A DNA stretch of 64,000 nucleotides, from assembly GCF_006345805.1 (NCBI RefSeq), contig NW_021834470.1, forward strand, positions 1 to 64,000, written 5' to 3'. This DNA comes from Octopus sinensis. Lineage: Eukaryota. A model generated the notes under the pieces. That model made no database searches. It saw nothing but the letters and a program-made list of their open reading frames with translations, and had not been told where the DNA came from. The position numbers and the translations under genes are program-made. Shown in pieces: positions 63,172 through 64,000 of this stretch; position 1 is the first letter of the stretch, and every line of letters starts with the position of its first letter.

Positions 63172-64000
63172 TTTTTTTTAACAGAGCTATTTCTTATCAA
63201 ATGTGATAAAGTTAGTTAGAGGACTTCCCCGCTTCGTAGATGGAGAAACAGTTACCTCGTACGATGGCAAGGGAAATCCTCTGAAGGAGCCAGCCAGTCT
63301 CGCGTGTGTCATTTCTCTTCAGAGAGATCAGACGTCCGAGCTTATAGAGGAAAGTCAAAGACTTTCCCCAATGACCCCTGAAGTCTCGACAGCAACAGGG
63401 GCGAAGATATCGCTCCGAGAGTTCTCTATATTTCGCAATCTTAAGCTTTTCTGTTCTAAGGGACACCGAACCGGCTGCGACGGCTGACAAGGGAAGATTA
63501 GGTTCAGAGAAAGTATCTGAACATGTCGCGTCCCAAATCAGCAACTTGCCGAACTCAAAGGGGAAGGTGGATAGACCGTCAGGTCTTTTTCCGTCTCCCC
63601 TAGCAAGCCCGGCCGGTTCTAGGATTGATGGAATTCCGGCAGCGTTGAGACCCCTCAAAACGACGTCATTTAAGGCTGTGTGGCGTGGTGCCCGCCCAGC
63701 ACTGCGTCTGCAGGAAAGAGGGTGTAGTCCGTGCTAGGTCGATCATGGCCCCACAGCGGCACTTGTGAATTTCACAGATCTTCAAACCGAGACGCAGAGA
63801 AATAGCGACTCTGAGACAGTCGCCGTCTAGTAGTGTCCCGATGTTCGGTAGGGGAAGGGTCGTCAAGCCAGCCCCACTGCCCGGACTGCAGCCCGCACGA
63901 AGACAGGCCAGCCTGTGCTGGTCGAAACTCTGAAGCAGGACAGAGGAGAGAGTGTCACAAGTGATCGAGTCCCACTGACCCTGGACGGATGGGTCGGCAG
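63172..64000 (-). mobile_element. CRE-like retrotransposon (right arm, runs off the window)
   Basis: Mirror of 1787-2615. Confidence 0.85.

Larger units (their letters stand above)
34047..64000. repeat. Right arm of giant inverted repeat
   Basis: Reverse complement of 1787-31725; differs by 1-bp indels and patches of substitutions. Confidence 0.98.

Noticed and set aside
1-64000. rRNA or tRNA genes, telomeric repeats, prophage or bacterial operons
   Set aside because: No conserved rRNA or tRNA motifs, short tandem telomere arrays or prokaryotic gene organisation seen by eye.

Overview
AT-rich eukaryotic DNA, probably from a compact animal-like parasite: RPS3 carries the animal-type LRGQRAK..KFVDG motif and introns are 23-25 nt. 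The window is one giant interrupted palindrome. Bases 1787-31725 are the reverse complement of 34047-64000, with mirrored coordinates summing to about 65,772-65,787, around a spacer of about 2.3 kb. The arms probably continue beyond the window edge. Each arm is a transposon graveyard: at least six CRE-like and five R4/Dong-like RLE non-LTR fragments, RTE-like and APE-type LINE pieces, several Tc1 elements, two pogo/Tigger elements and a hAT end. Each arm also holds an RPS3 pseudogene, ankyrin (TRPA1-like) gene fragments and a 75-nt LRR-like tandem array. Nested insertions at the centre (APE LINE split by Tc1-B, which is split by Tc1-A) read continuously only from the spacer into the right arm. 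The left arm is therefore the derived fold-back copy, joined at about 31,394 inside Tc1-A. The sequence alone cannot tell a real chromosomal palindrome from a whole-genome-amplification or long-read fold-back artefact. I found no intact host gene, rRNA, tRNA or CRISPR array. Family assignments rest on motif recognition; no database search was run.
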